In this document: positions 53,852-62,647 of the stretch, piece by piece
Numbering within the stretch: the first letter of the stretch is position 1
Layout: every line of letters starts with the position of its first letter
Source: Candidatus Poribacteria bacterium
GTDB taxonomy: Bacteria; Poribacteria; WGA-4E; WGA-3G
DNA length: 64,000 nucleotides
Reading direction: 5' to 3'
Assembly: GCA_965205025.1 (NCBI GenBank)
Contig: CBDBFU010000013.1
Coordinates: 64,001 to 128,000 of the forward strand
Position numbers and translations under genes: made by a program
The notes under the pieces: model-generated
The model's database searches: none
Told to the model about the DNA's origin: nothing
Seen by the model: the letters and a program-made list of their open reading frames with translations, nothing else

Positions 53852-55441
53852 ATGCAATTCAAGAATCAGAAAATACAAAATCACAGAATTAAGAAAAGAT
53901 ATACTTACTTTAGTTTTTGTGTCATTGCTATGATGTTATTACTTGGCTATAACTCCAGCAATACCATTGCTGAATCAGATGAAAAGGCTGTAGAAATTAG
54001 TCCTGCAAAGATAGGATATAAATATCAAGAAATAAAGAGTATCGCAAAAAAGAACACAAATGAAAATGACACTGAGACATTAGAGAATATAGTTACCAAA
54101 TCGCAGAATTTTATAGAGAATCACCCTAAATACAAACGTATAGATGAAGTATACTATTACCTTGGAAATGCATTAGTTCGGTTAGAACGAGTTGAAGAAG
54201 GGATTGCAGTATTTGAAACACTCTTTAAGGAAGATTCAGATGCGCGATTTGTGCCAACCATATTATTTGAATTAGGTTTGGCGTATGATAAGCTTGGAAA
54301 CCATGCAAAAGCTGATGAAGCATATAATAGTCTGATTGAACATCCAAAATATAGTAAACGTTCACAAGCGAAGAAAGTTAAAGAAATTCTTGAAATGGAT
54401 ATAGAATTACGGACAGGTGAGTTACCAAAACCTAAGTCATTAGGGGGTCAACCCAGTGAATGGATTGGAAAACCAGCACCTGAGTTTAAAGTAATGGATT
54501 TAAATGATGAAGAACTCACCTTGGATAAATATCATGGTCAGGTTGTTCTACTTGATTTTTGGGCTACATGGTGCGGTCCCTGTATTGGAGAACTTCCAAA
54601 TGTTAAAGCCACCTATGATAAATACAAAGACAAGAAGTTCCAAATTATTGGCATCAGTCTGGATAGGTCAAAACCCACACTTGAAGCATTTATTAAGGAA
54701 CAAAACCTTGGATGGGTTCACTATTTTGATCAAGAACGGAAGATAGCTGATCAATACGGTGTCACAGGTATTCCGTCAACCTTCCTACTTGATGGTGAAG
54801 GTATAATCCGTATGACGAATTTACGGGGAGGTGCACTTGAAATTGCAGTAGGTGAATTGGTTGAAGAAAATTTAAAGAATCCTCATCACGGACCTCATTC
54901 TAAGTCGGTACCTGCGACAAAGTTAATTAAACCAAACAATCCTACACCTACGAACCCACCTATTCCTTCAAGCAAACCAACTGGTTGGATAGGTAAACCT
55001 GCCCCAGATATTACGATAACCAATTTGAAAGGTGAAGAACTTTCTTTGGAAGATTTCAAAGGACAGGTAGTGTTACTTGATTTTTGGGCAACTTGGTGTG
55101 GTCCATGCATCACAGAAATACCGAAAGTCAAAAAGACTTATGAGAAGTATAAGGATCAGAAGTTTGAGATTATTGGAATAAGTCTTGATAGATCATTGAC
55201 TCCACTGACAGAATACATTCAACAAGAAGAACTGAATTGGCATCACTATTGGGATGAAGATCGCGAGATTAGAACTCTTTTTGGAGTTAGAGCAATTCCA
55301 TCAGCATTTTTGATTGACGGTGAAGGAATTATCCAAAAGGCGTATCTCGGTGGTTTTAACGTTGAAACTGCAGTCGCTGAACTGGTTGATAAGAATCTCA
55401 ACAAGGTTGATCAGACTCCTACTAATACTGAGGAAAAATAG
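53852..55441 (+). CDS. TPR + double TlpA/redoxin domain protein
   Basis: Signal peptide, TPR region paralogous to the previous gene, two LLDFWATWCGPC domains joined by a Pro-rich linker. Confidence 0.88.
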   Translation: MQFKNQKIQNHRIKKRYTYFSFCVIAMMLLLGYNSSNTIAESDEKAVEISPAKIGYKYQEIKSIAKKNTNENDTETLENIVTKSQNFIENHPKYKRIDEVYYYLGNALVRLERVEEGIAVFETLFKEDSDARFVPTILFELGLAYDKLGNHAKADEAYNSLIEHPKYSKRSQAKKVKEILEMDIELRTGELPKPKSLGGQPSEWIGKPAPEFKVMDLNDEELTLDKYHGQVVLLDFWATWCGPCIGELPNVKATYDKYKDKKFQIIGISLDRSKPTLEAFIKEQNLGWVHYFDQERKIADQYGVTGIPSTFLLDGEGIIRMTNLRGGALEIAVGELVEENLKNPHHGPHSKSVPATKLIKPNNPTPTNPPIPSSKPTGWIGKPAPDITITNLKGEELSLEDFKGQVVLLDFWATWCGPCITEIPKVKKTYEKYKDQKFEIIGISLDRSLTPLTEYIQQEELNWHHYWDEDREIRTLFGVRAIPSAFLIDGEGIIQKAYLGGFNVETAVAELVDKNLNKVDQTPTNTEEK

Positions 55442-55539
55442 ATAACACCGACAATTAGATTTCCTTGATTTCTATACCGAACTAAGCAGATTATAGAGCA
55501 AGTTGAATCTTGTCCAAAAGTGACACTAAGGAACAATAG

Positions 55540-56040
55540 ATGATACGAATCGGTGTAATTCTAAAATTTGTTGTCTGTCTGTGTTTTTCTCTGATTATTT
55601 CTATTGCATTGGGACAAGATTCTAATCTCATGATGAATGAGACAGCAACATTACGAGGACAAATTGTAGATGCATCCCCACAACAGAATCCTATCGAAGG
55701 TGTTCGTGTTGAAATAGAAGGCACAGATGGTAAGATTTTCACTGTTTATACGGATAAAGATGGTAATTATAAAAAGACAGGCTTATCAGCTGGTCGATAC
55801 AAAATAAGCACACACAAGAAAGGATACGGTAGTATATTAGGTAGATCGGTGGTAGTTGCATCCGGTGGAGAAGGTTATGACCAAATTATGATGAGAAAAA
55901 GAATTACAATCTTTTCGTTCTTCTATAGAGGATTATTTATCAAAGCAGTATTTACTTGGCAACTCTTCGTAGGTTTTGCGTTGGGGTTTCTTGCAGCATT
56001 GTTGTTAAATTCCCTTCATACTCGTTCACAGGTAAGATAA
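55540..56040 (+). CDS. Carboxypeptidase-regulatory-like domain protein with C-terminal membrane anchor
   Basis: Signal peptide, LRGQIVD...PIEGVRV...TDKDGNY...GLSAGRYKI, and a C-terminal TM segment. Confidence 0.7.
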   Translation: MIRIGVILKFVVCLCFSLIISIALGQDSNLMMNETATLRGQIVDASPQQNPIEGVRVEIEGTDGKIFTVYTDKDGNYKKTGLSAGRYKISTHKKGYGSILGRSVVVASGGEGYDQIMMRKRITIFSFFYRGLFIKAVFTWQLFVGFALGFLAALLLNSLHTRSQVR

Positions 56041-57134
56041 TGGCAGAAGTTTCTCTGAAAGATGTTACAAAAGTTTATGAAGGAGATGTACTTGCCGTAG
56101 AACGCGCTAATTTTCATATCCCTGATGAGTCATTTACTGTTCTTGTTGGACCCTCAGGGTGTGGAAAATCTACTCTCTTAAGAATGATTGCTGGTTTGGA
56201 ACCGATTACGGAAGGTGATATTTATATTGACGATGAAATTGTGAATAATGTCCCACCCAAGGATAGAGATATTGCAATGGTATTCCAAAACTATGCTCTC
56301 TACCCCCACATGAGCGTGTATAAGAACATGGCTTTTGGATTGAAACTTAGAAAGTACTCAAAGACTGAAATTGACCAACGTGTAACCGAAGCTGCAGATA
56401 TACTCAATATCTCCCATCTTTTGAATCGTAAACCGAAACATCTATCTGGTGGAGAACGCCAACGTGTTGCTGTTGGTAGGGCAATTGTGCGTCAACCGAA
56501 AGTATTTTTGTTTGATGAACCTTTAAGCAACCTTGACGCAAAATTGCGTGTTCAGATGAGAATGGAAATCAGTCGTCTCCATGATCGGTTGAATGCTACT
56601 ATGATCTATGTCACCCATGACCAAGTTGAAGCTATGACAATGGGGGATCAGATAGTGGTATTGAATGAAGGGAAAATACAGCAAATTGCTGATCCTGGGA
56701 CGTTATACCGCAACCCCGAAAATCAATTTGTTGGTGGATTCATTGGTACCCCACCGATGAACTTTATCCAGACCAAGATATCAGGAAATGATGTGACTCA
56801 GCAACTGAGTTTTGAAGATTTCTCGCTTGAATTAAATCCCAAATTACAGACTGCATTGAATAGTCATTCTCCAGACACTGTCACGTTAGGTATACGTCCA
56901 GAGGATATCCAGATAGGTGGGAATGGGAAAAACCGTGTAATAACTCAGGTAGAACTGGTTGAACCCCTTGGAAACCATGCACTTCTATATCTTAAAACCG
57001 ATAAACACAATTTTGTAGCACAATCTAATATCATGGATTTACCCCAACACAACTCGTCTTTGACAGTCAGTTTTGATATTGACAAAGCACATCTTTTTCA
57101 TTCTGACACTGGTGAATCTTTAACAGTCGAATAG
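56040..57134 (+). CDS. Sugar ABC transporter ATP-binding protein (MalK/MsmK/UgpC family)
   Basis: GPSGCGKST, VFQNYALYPHM, LSGGERQRVA and DEPLSNLDAKLR; ATG at 56040 coupled to the upstream stop (TAATG). Confidence 0.92.
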   Translation: MAEVSLKDVTKVYEGDVLAVERANFHIPDESFTVLVGPSGCGKSTLLRMIAGLEPITEGDIYIDDEIVNNVPPKDRDIAMVFQNYALYPHMSVYKNMAFGLKLRKYSKTEIDQRVTEAADILNISHLLNRKPKHLSGGERQRVAVGRAIVRQPKVFLFDEPLSNLDAKLRVQMRMEISRLHDRLNATMIYVTHDQVEAMTMGDQIVVLNEGKIQQIADPGTLYRNPENQFVGGFIGTPPMNFIQTKISGNDVTQQLSFEDFSLELNPKLQTALNSHSPDTVTLGIRPEDIQIGGNGKNRVITQVELVEPLGNHALLYLKTDKHNFVAQSNIMDLPQHNSSLTVSFDIDKAHLFHSDTGESLTVE

Positions 57135-57273
57135 TTTAATCAATTTGTTCTTCTTTACCCACATACATTTTTTTCTGCTTAAATCGGATGATGTAATAAC
57201 TGACCTATAAAGTTATACTATTTCTATAAATTATTGTCTCATTAGGCGGTTATTATGGTAGTCATTTTCAGGG

Positions 57274-57301
57274 CACAAACTGAAAGTTTGTGGTACAAAA
57301 A
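57274..57301 (-). repeat. REP-like hairpin
   Basis: CACAAACTGAAAGTTTGTGGTACAAAAA, 27/28 identical to 25724-25751; a half copy lies at 51588-51606 on the opposite strand. Confidence 0.75.
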
Positions 57302-57311
57302 AGAGACATTT

Positions 57312-58325
57312 TCAATTAGAAATGGTATTACGACTGTTTTTCAAAAGTACTTTGAGTTTACCCCACTGTGTACTTTTCTTTTCCATAGGTGAAACAGATA
57401 AAATATTGTCACTAATCCAGTCTTGTGACCAATCGTCCTCTGGATCGTTTGTAATGTTAGTTATCTGATCATTTGCAAGATGATACTTATAGATTTCAAT
57501 CTGCCGATCATCGGCTCCATATTCCTCAGCAGAAATCAAAACCTGCTTACCATTGTCGAACCAACATACCCTATGGATTAGCCACTTCTCAGGAGTTTTT
57601 AAAATGCGTCGATTTTTTAGACCGTATTCCTGGATTACAGCATTGTTAGAAATCAGTTTAAAACCCAGAACTGCTGGATCGTAGAATGCTTCAAAATACA
57701 GAACATATTTGCTATCTGGAGACCAACGTGGGGCATAACGAACCCACTTATCCCTGGGAACAAGTGGGTGCCTATCCGTACCATCTGATTTCATAACATA
57801 AATTGTGGTACCCTGTCTCGCAAGTGTTTGCCGGTATGCGATATACTTTCCATTGGGAGACCAATCAGGACCGGCAGCCAATTCATTTACATCCTGATTG
57901 TGGGTCAGTAGTTGAATTTCTCGTGTTACGATGTCTACCACATAAATGTTAGAATCTCTTTCATAAGCAATACGCCGTCCATCTGGTGCCCATGTGCAGT
58001 TCCCTGCTATATCTTCGGTGATCTGCTGTTCGTTGCTCCCGTCTCGATCAATGATAAATAGTCTTGGGTGTTGTCGCTTCGGAATTTTGAGGATATTTCT
58101 GAAAAACGCAATCCGTTTACCATCTGGAGACCAGACAGGTCCTCCATCCCATTGTGGACGCTGTGTATTCGTGAGTCTTTGCAAATTGGTGCCATCGTCA
58201 TCCATTACATAGATGTTGTCTCCACCGTCACGTTGCGATATGAAAACGATTTTCGCAATGGCAAGTCTGGGAACAAACAACACGATGCAGCAAACGACCA
58301 ATGTTTTAAGGCTTTTCATTATCAT
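57312..58325 (-). CDS. Secreted TolB-like (PD40) beta-propeller with C-terminal WGKLK motif
   Basis: Signal peptide; KIVFISQRDG, IYVMDDDGT, PVWSPDGKRIAF, PDWSPNG and PRWSPD; tail SVSPMEKKSTQWGKLK. Confidence 0.85.
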   Translation of the reverse strand: MIMKSLKTLVVCCIVLFVPRLAIAKIVFISQRDGGDNIYVMDDDGTNLQRLTNTQRPQWDGGPVWSPDGKRIAFFRNILKIPKRQHPRLFIIDRDGSNEQQITEDIAGNCTWAPDGRRIAYERDSNIYVVDIVTREIQLLTHNQDVNELAAGPDWSPNGKYIAYRQTLARQGTTIYVMKSDGTDRHPLVPRDKWVRYAPRWSPDSKYVLYFEAFYDPAVLGFKLISNNAVIQEYGLKNRRILKTPEKWLIHRVCWFDNGKQVLISAEEYGADDRQIEIYKYHLANDQITNITNDPEDDWSQDWISDNILSVSPMEKKSTQWGKLKVLLKNSRNTISN

Positions 58326-58503
58326 ACCTCTCTATGTGTCAACACGTAGCGTATAGGTGGCACTCATAGTATAATGTCCATCTCTCGTAGCTTCAGTTCT
58401 ATTAACAGGTAATGAGAGACTTTGTGGGTGAGAATAGTTCCACTTGATACTTTCGAATCTTTAACAGTCGAATAGTTTAACCTATCTGTTTCTACATTAG
58501 TCT

Positions 58504-59526
58504 CTACATTAACTCTTGAATTTGTCTCCAAGTCTCTTCGTCAATGGGAATTCCATCCCGTTCTCTTTTCTGTTTTTCATGCCAACCCCGTTCTCCTGGA
58601 ATCTGTATTGTGTCTACTCCTTCAGCAGTCTTGGCAGATTTTAGATAATCAACAAAACGTTCAATTTCTGCACTAAATCCTGAAAACTTCCGAAAACTCG
58701 CAACATTAATAACAAGGACAAACAACCCATTACCGACGCGTGCATCTTTATTTCTGCTACATCCTGCTTCTGAAAGTGCCCCTGCAAGAATATCAACAAT
58801 CACACTGAGACCGAATCCTTTATGGGCTGCAATTCCGCCAAACGGTAAAATCGATGCCGGTGGTTCTCTATAAAATTCTTCCACATCAGTCGTAGATTCA
58901 CCTTCGGCATTAATTAACCATCCTTCTGGTGCTGGTTCATTTAACTGTTGTTTCACGCGTATCTTTCCAGATGCTACCACACTCGTTGACATATCTAAAA
59001 CAATAGGATTTTGAGCGTCAATTGGAACGGCACAAGCTATTGGATTGGTAGAAAGTCTTCCTTCTGTTCCACCATAAGGTACGACACACGTTCCGCCTCC
59101 ATGATCATTGACTATAAGCAATCCTATCATATCCGCTTCAGCTGCAAGGCAGACATAACCACCTAACCTTCCTATTTCATTACATTGAGATACGGTAACA
59201 GTGCTAACATCTGTTTGTCTTGCTTTCTGAATTGCTAATTCAACAGCATGTGTTGCTATGACAGGACCAAAACCCCAATTACCATCCAATACAGAGATTG
59301 AAGCAGACTCCTGTATTGTATCAATTGAGGATCCAGGTATAATCAGACCTTCTTTTATTTCTTTTACATACTTCGGGAGATGGATTACACCGTGTGAATC
59401 GTGTCCAACGAGATTTGCATCCACCATAGAACGCGTAACGATTTCTGCATCAGATTCAGGGATATTTAGTTTTTCAAATACGGAGAGACAGATTGTTGTG
59501 AGTTCGTCTGAGGTGACATTTGGCAT
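58504..59526 (-). CDS. Ldh_2 family (malate/L-lactate/ureidoglycolate-type) dehydrogenase
   Basis: GHDSHG, DGNWGFG, STNPI, LDMSTS, HKGFGL and IPGE. Confidence 0.9.
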   Translation of the reverse strand: MPNVTSDELTTICLSVFEKLNIPESDAEIVTRSMVDANLVGHDSHGVIHLPKYVKEIKEGLIIPGSSIDTIQESASISVLDGNWGFGPVIATHAVELAIQKARQTDVSTVTVSQCNEIGRLGGYVCLAAEADMIGLLIVNDHGGGTCVVPYGGTEGRLSTNPIACAVPIDAQNPIVLDMSTSVVASGKIRVKQQLNEPAPEGWLINAEGESTTDVEEFYREPPASILPFGGIAAHKGFGLSVIVDILAGALSEAGCSRNKDARVGNGLFVLVINVASFRKFSGFSAEIERFVDYLKSAKTAEGVDTIQIPGERGWHEKQKRERDGIPIDEETWRQIQELM

Positions 59527-59555
59527 AACGAAGAATATAGGCAGGTATATTTTTT

Positions 59556-60374
59556 CTATTTCTGATTTAGAATTTCTGCTATCCGTCCTGCAAAACGGTA
59601 AGCACTGTTATCTTCGGGTTCATAACCTATTACTTTCCTGGCATTTGTTATACTCCAAAACTTATGTGAATTATCACTAATTCCGTAGAATATCTGGAAG
59701 GGAACACCGTTTTCATCTTCTATATTTTCTGTCTCAATACTCTTTACAAAAAGTTGCACCTGATCACGTACGCTTAGATATGCACCAAGTGCACGATGCA
59801 TCTTAGTATAGTTTTCGGCAGTGATATCATTCAGATCTGTTTCTCGTGGAGCACCGATCCGTATCTGTACATTCTGTAGGATTCTTCCTCTTGTATCTCC
59901 ATTGGCAAAAACAAAGCCGAGATGTTCATAAGCCTCCTTAGCCCATCCGTAGAAGTTATCAGACAAAGGACGCATTTCTGGTGAGACAAAATCCCATTTA
60001 CCTTCCCAAATAAGGTTTTCATAGTAATCTGCTGCATGATTTGAACTACAGACTACGACACGACGAACATCCATTTCAAGTGAGGTTTGATAGACATTGT
60101 ATGCCATCTGAACATTGTTCAGCTCATTCTCGAATCCACCACCTTGGAATGCACAATGAACCACAGCATCTACACCTTCGAAATATTGTTGATATACATC
60201 TCGGTCAGGATCACTCACATCAACGATGTGAATATCAGCAACCTCTTCACCTTGTCGGTTGGTATTCCTTACATCAAGAAGTACAAGATCATATTTTTCG
60301 CGAAATGCTTGCAGCATCCGTCCTGCGATATATCCACCTGCACCAGTGATGAGAACTTTTCTATGGTTTGGCAT
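59556..60374 (-). CDS. NAD-dependent epimerase/dehydratase (uronate dehydrogenase-like)
   Basis: ITGAGGYIA, SSNHA, YGWAK, IRIG and YGISDN. Confidence 0.8.
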   Translation of the reverse strand: MPNHRKVLITGAGGYIAGRMLQAFREKYDLVLLDVRNTNRQGEEVADIHIVDVSDPDRDVYQQYFEGVDAVVHCAFQGGGFENELNNVQMAYNVYQTSLEMDVRRVVVCSSNHAADYYENLIWEGKWDFVSPEMRPLSDNFYGWAKEAYEHLGFVFANGDTRGRILQNVQIRIGAPRETDLNDITAENYTKMHRALGAYLSVRDQVQLFVKSIETENIEDENGVPFQIFYGISDNSHKFWSITNARKVIGYEPEDNSAYRFAGRIAEILNQK

Positions 60375-60410
60375 CTATTTTACTATTCCTGTTGTTGGGT
60401 ATAATGAAGT

Positions 60411-61175
60411 TTAGGAAGTTGGTTTATGTGCTGCAATCTTTTGTTCAATTTCTTGTATTATCCTCTTCATCAAAGGATGAGAAGGAGTCATCTTAAATGC
60501 GATTTCATACAAACCATGAATACTATGCTTGACTCGCCTATTTGTCTCGCTGAGAAATCGAACTAACATTTGGAAAAGAAGTTTTCCTCTTAATTGTAGT
60601 TGATACGCATCTTTTATTTGTTGTTGAAGTTCTGATTTAGGGGGGAGAAAACCTCGACGTTGACGAAAACCATCGTCTATTTCGGTTTGACCTTGAGGAA
60701 CAACCTCATTACAATGGTGATTAAATTCTGGAGTTCTACCAGCTAAAAATTCCTCAACTTCAAATGTAAACCATTCAATGATTGTACTTAGTAGTTGCTC
60801 ATGTTCAGCTGCTTCCTGAAGATCCATCAAGGTTTCTAAATTTGGATCAGTTCCAGCATATAGGTCATTCTCAATGCTATATCCTTTAGTCCAAATGATT
60901 TCGTCATAGCCAATTGGTAGTTGTGAGAATATTTCTTTATCTTGATCAGCGATAAAAGCAACAGGTAGATGGTCAAATTCGTTCTTTCTATCATAAACAG
61001 AGAAAAGATTAGGTCTTCCACCTACACTAAGAATATCTACTTCATTGAGATTAATCAGGTTTTCCATCCACCGAAATATTTGCATATCATCTCTACCTTC
61101 CACAATAACCGTTGGAAGTTTTGATCTGTGAAGAATAGAAACTAATTCATCCACCGAAGGTTGTGGTTGTGACAC
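60411..61175 (-). CDS. TOPRIM/DUF4435 nuclease, PARIS AriB-like
   Basis: IVEGRDD, GGR, IADQD (DxD), YSIEN and LRGK; GTG start overlaps the ATPase stop by 1 nt. Confidence 0.8.
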   Translation of the reverse strand: MSQPQPSVDELVSILHRSKLPTVIVEGRDDMQIFRWMENLINLNEVDILSVGGRPNLFSVYDRKNEFDHLPVAFIADQDKEIFSQLPIGYDEIIWTKGYSIENDLYAGTDPNLETLMDLQEAAEHEQLLSTIIEWFTFEVEEFLAGRTPEFNHHCNEVVPQGQTEIDDGFRQRRGFLPPKSELQQQIKDAYQLQLRGKLLFQMLVRFLSETNRRVKHSIHGLYEIAFKMTPSHPLMKRIIQEIEQKIAAHKPTS

Positions 61176-62449
61176 TAACTCTCTCCGCGATTATCGTCTA
61201 ACATAAATTCTTTGTCAGGAAATTTCGTATAAATGAATGGTGAATGTGTAGCAACGAAAAATTGATTACTTTGTCCTTGATCCAGCAAAGTCGGAAATAA
61301 ACGTCGCTGCCAATCTACATTTAGACTAAGTTCCGGCTCATCAATGAAGATAGTTGTATTCTTGTAAAATGCATTGTAACAAAGAAAACTGAGCATCTGC
61401 TTCTCACCGGAAGATAGTTTGTTAGAAGATATTGCATGTTCAACGATACTCAGAGTAACCCCATGAGTGCCTTCACTAAGTGTGAGTCCTTCTATATCTT
61501 CACCACGTGAAACCTGTCCAGTAACATGTACCGCTCGATATTTAAGTATATTCCTTGTAAGATCAGATAATACAGAGAAAGGTTGAAGCAATTCTTCACG
61601 ATTGTTTGTTACACGATCAACTATATTTAGTATGTGTTCTAATTCTTGCCGGGTATTTTTAAATATGTTAGATTCAGACTCCTCCTCATCCTCAAAGTAT
61701 TTTTTAATTCTCTGATCAATTTCTTGAAACGATTTTACTTGTAATTCATCTATCCTTTTAGAAATTGGAACGAATTTTTGAGTTAACAACGCAGCAATAT
61801 CGTTAGTTGAAATTGAGGCAATAAATTTATGACCAAAGACTGACACTTCAGATGAAAGTTCTGACATGGCATCTTGAAGTCTTTCCATCGTACGATCTGT
61901 TTGTACTCTCCTGACAAAACTTGAGGAATTAGGCGATTGTCTAATTACTTGACTACTTGAGACACCTCCCTCAATTCTTCTGTAGGTAGGAAAAAAGAGA
62001 CTTTTACTAAGCTGAGTAACTATTCGTCTGTTCAAAGTATTTAAGTCTATAGCATCCTCATTTGGTTCAAGGAACCCAGTTTCTGGATCAACTATTACAA
62101 CTATTGATACATCTTTTTCATATTGTTGGCTATTTTCGGATTTCAGATCTATAGAACTATCACTAGACGCAGTATATTTATCACTATTAAACTCACATTC
62201 AAAAGACACTTTTTCAGGTGTCGTATAAGTTATGTTTAATGAAAATTGATCTGTATCAATTGAGACATACTGGAAAGAAATCTCAGGCATAATACGTTCT
62301 AGATTTCCACTGATTAAATACCATATCAACTTCAGCAATGTCGTTTTACCTGAGCCGTTTGGCCCAGTAAATATGTTCAAGTCTTCATTGAACTCAAATG
62401 ATTGGCTAAGTTTATTATTAAGCCCCTTAACTTCAAGGAATCGTATCAT
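61175..62449 (-). CDS. ABC-type (AAA_15/AAA_21) ATPase, PARIS AriA-like
   Basis: Walker A GPNGSGKT, FFPTYRRIE, signature LSSGEKQ, Walker B IFIDEPELSL and H-loop ATHSP. Confidence 0.85.
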   Translation of the reverse strand: MIRFLEVKGLNNKLSQSFEFNEDLNIFTGPNGSGKTTLLKLIWYLISGNLERIMPEISFQYVSIDTDQFSLNITYTTPEKVSFECEFNSDKYTASSDSSIDLKSENSQQYEKDVSIVVIVDPETGFLEPNEDAIDLNTLNRRIVTQLSKSLFFPTYRRIEGGVSSSQVIRQSPNSSSFVRRVQTDRTMERLQDAMSELSSEVSVFGHKFIASISTNDIAALLTQKFVPISKRIDELQVKSFQEIDQRIKKYFEDEEESESNIFKNTRQELEHILNIVDRVTNNREELLQPFSVLSDLTRNILKYRAVHVTGQVSRGEDIEGLTLSEGTHGVTLSIVEHAISSNKLSSGEKQMLSFLCYNAFYKNTTIFIDEPELSLNVDWQRRLFPTLLDQGQSNQFFVATHSPFIYTKFPDKEFMLDDNRGES

Positions 62450-62647
62450 GTGTTTTACCTTTTTAAGTCAATTCCTGTTCTTGTTACAAATTTTGGGTAT
62501 AAATCATGGTTCAGTAACGATATTTATATTGTATTGCCCAAACTCAAGATGGGATCTATCAAGTGAAAATTCTTAAAACTAAATATCGATGTTTTGTTCT
62601 GAACCACCTATCAATATGCAATAATGAGATTTCCTACTTATCAAACT

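Larger units (their letters stand above)
57114..58480 (+). repeat. 26-bp perfect direct repeat flanking the TolB-like gene
   Basis: GAATCTTTAACAGTCGAATAGTTTAA at 57114-57139 and 58455-58480; the first copy contains the ABC gene's last codons and stop. Confidence 0.9.

Noticed and set aside
57140-58454. Terminal inverted repeats inside the 26-bp direct repeats (ACCCACA / TGTGGGT)
   Set aside because: Only about 7 bp match, at unequal distances from the repeats; not enough to call transposon ends.
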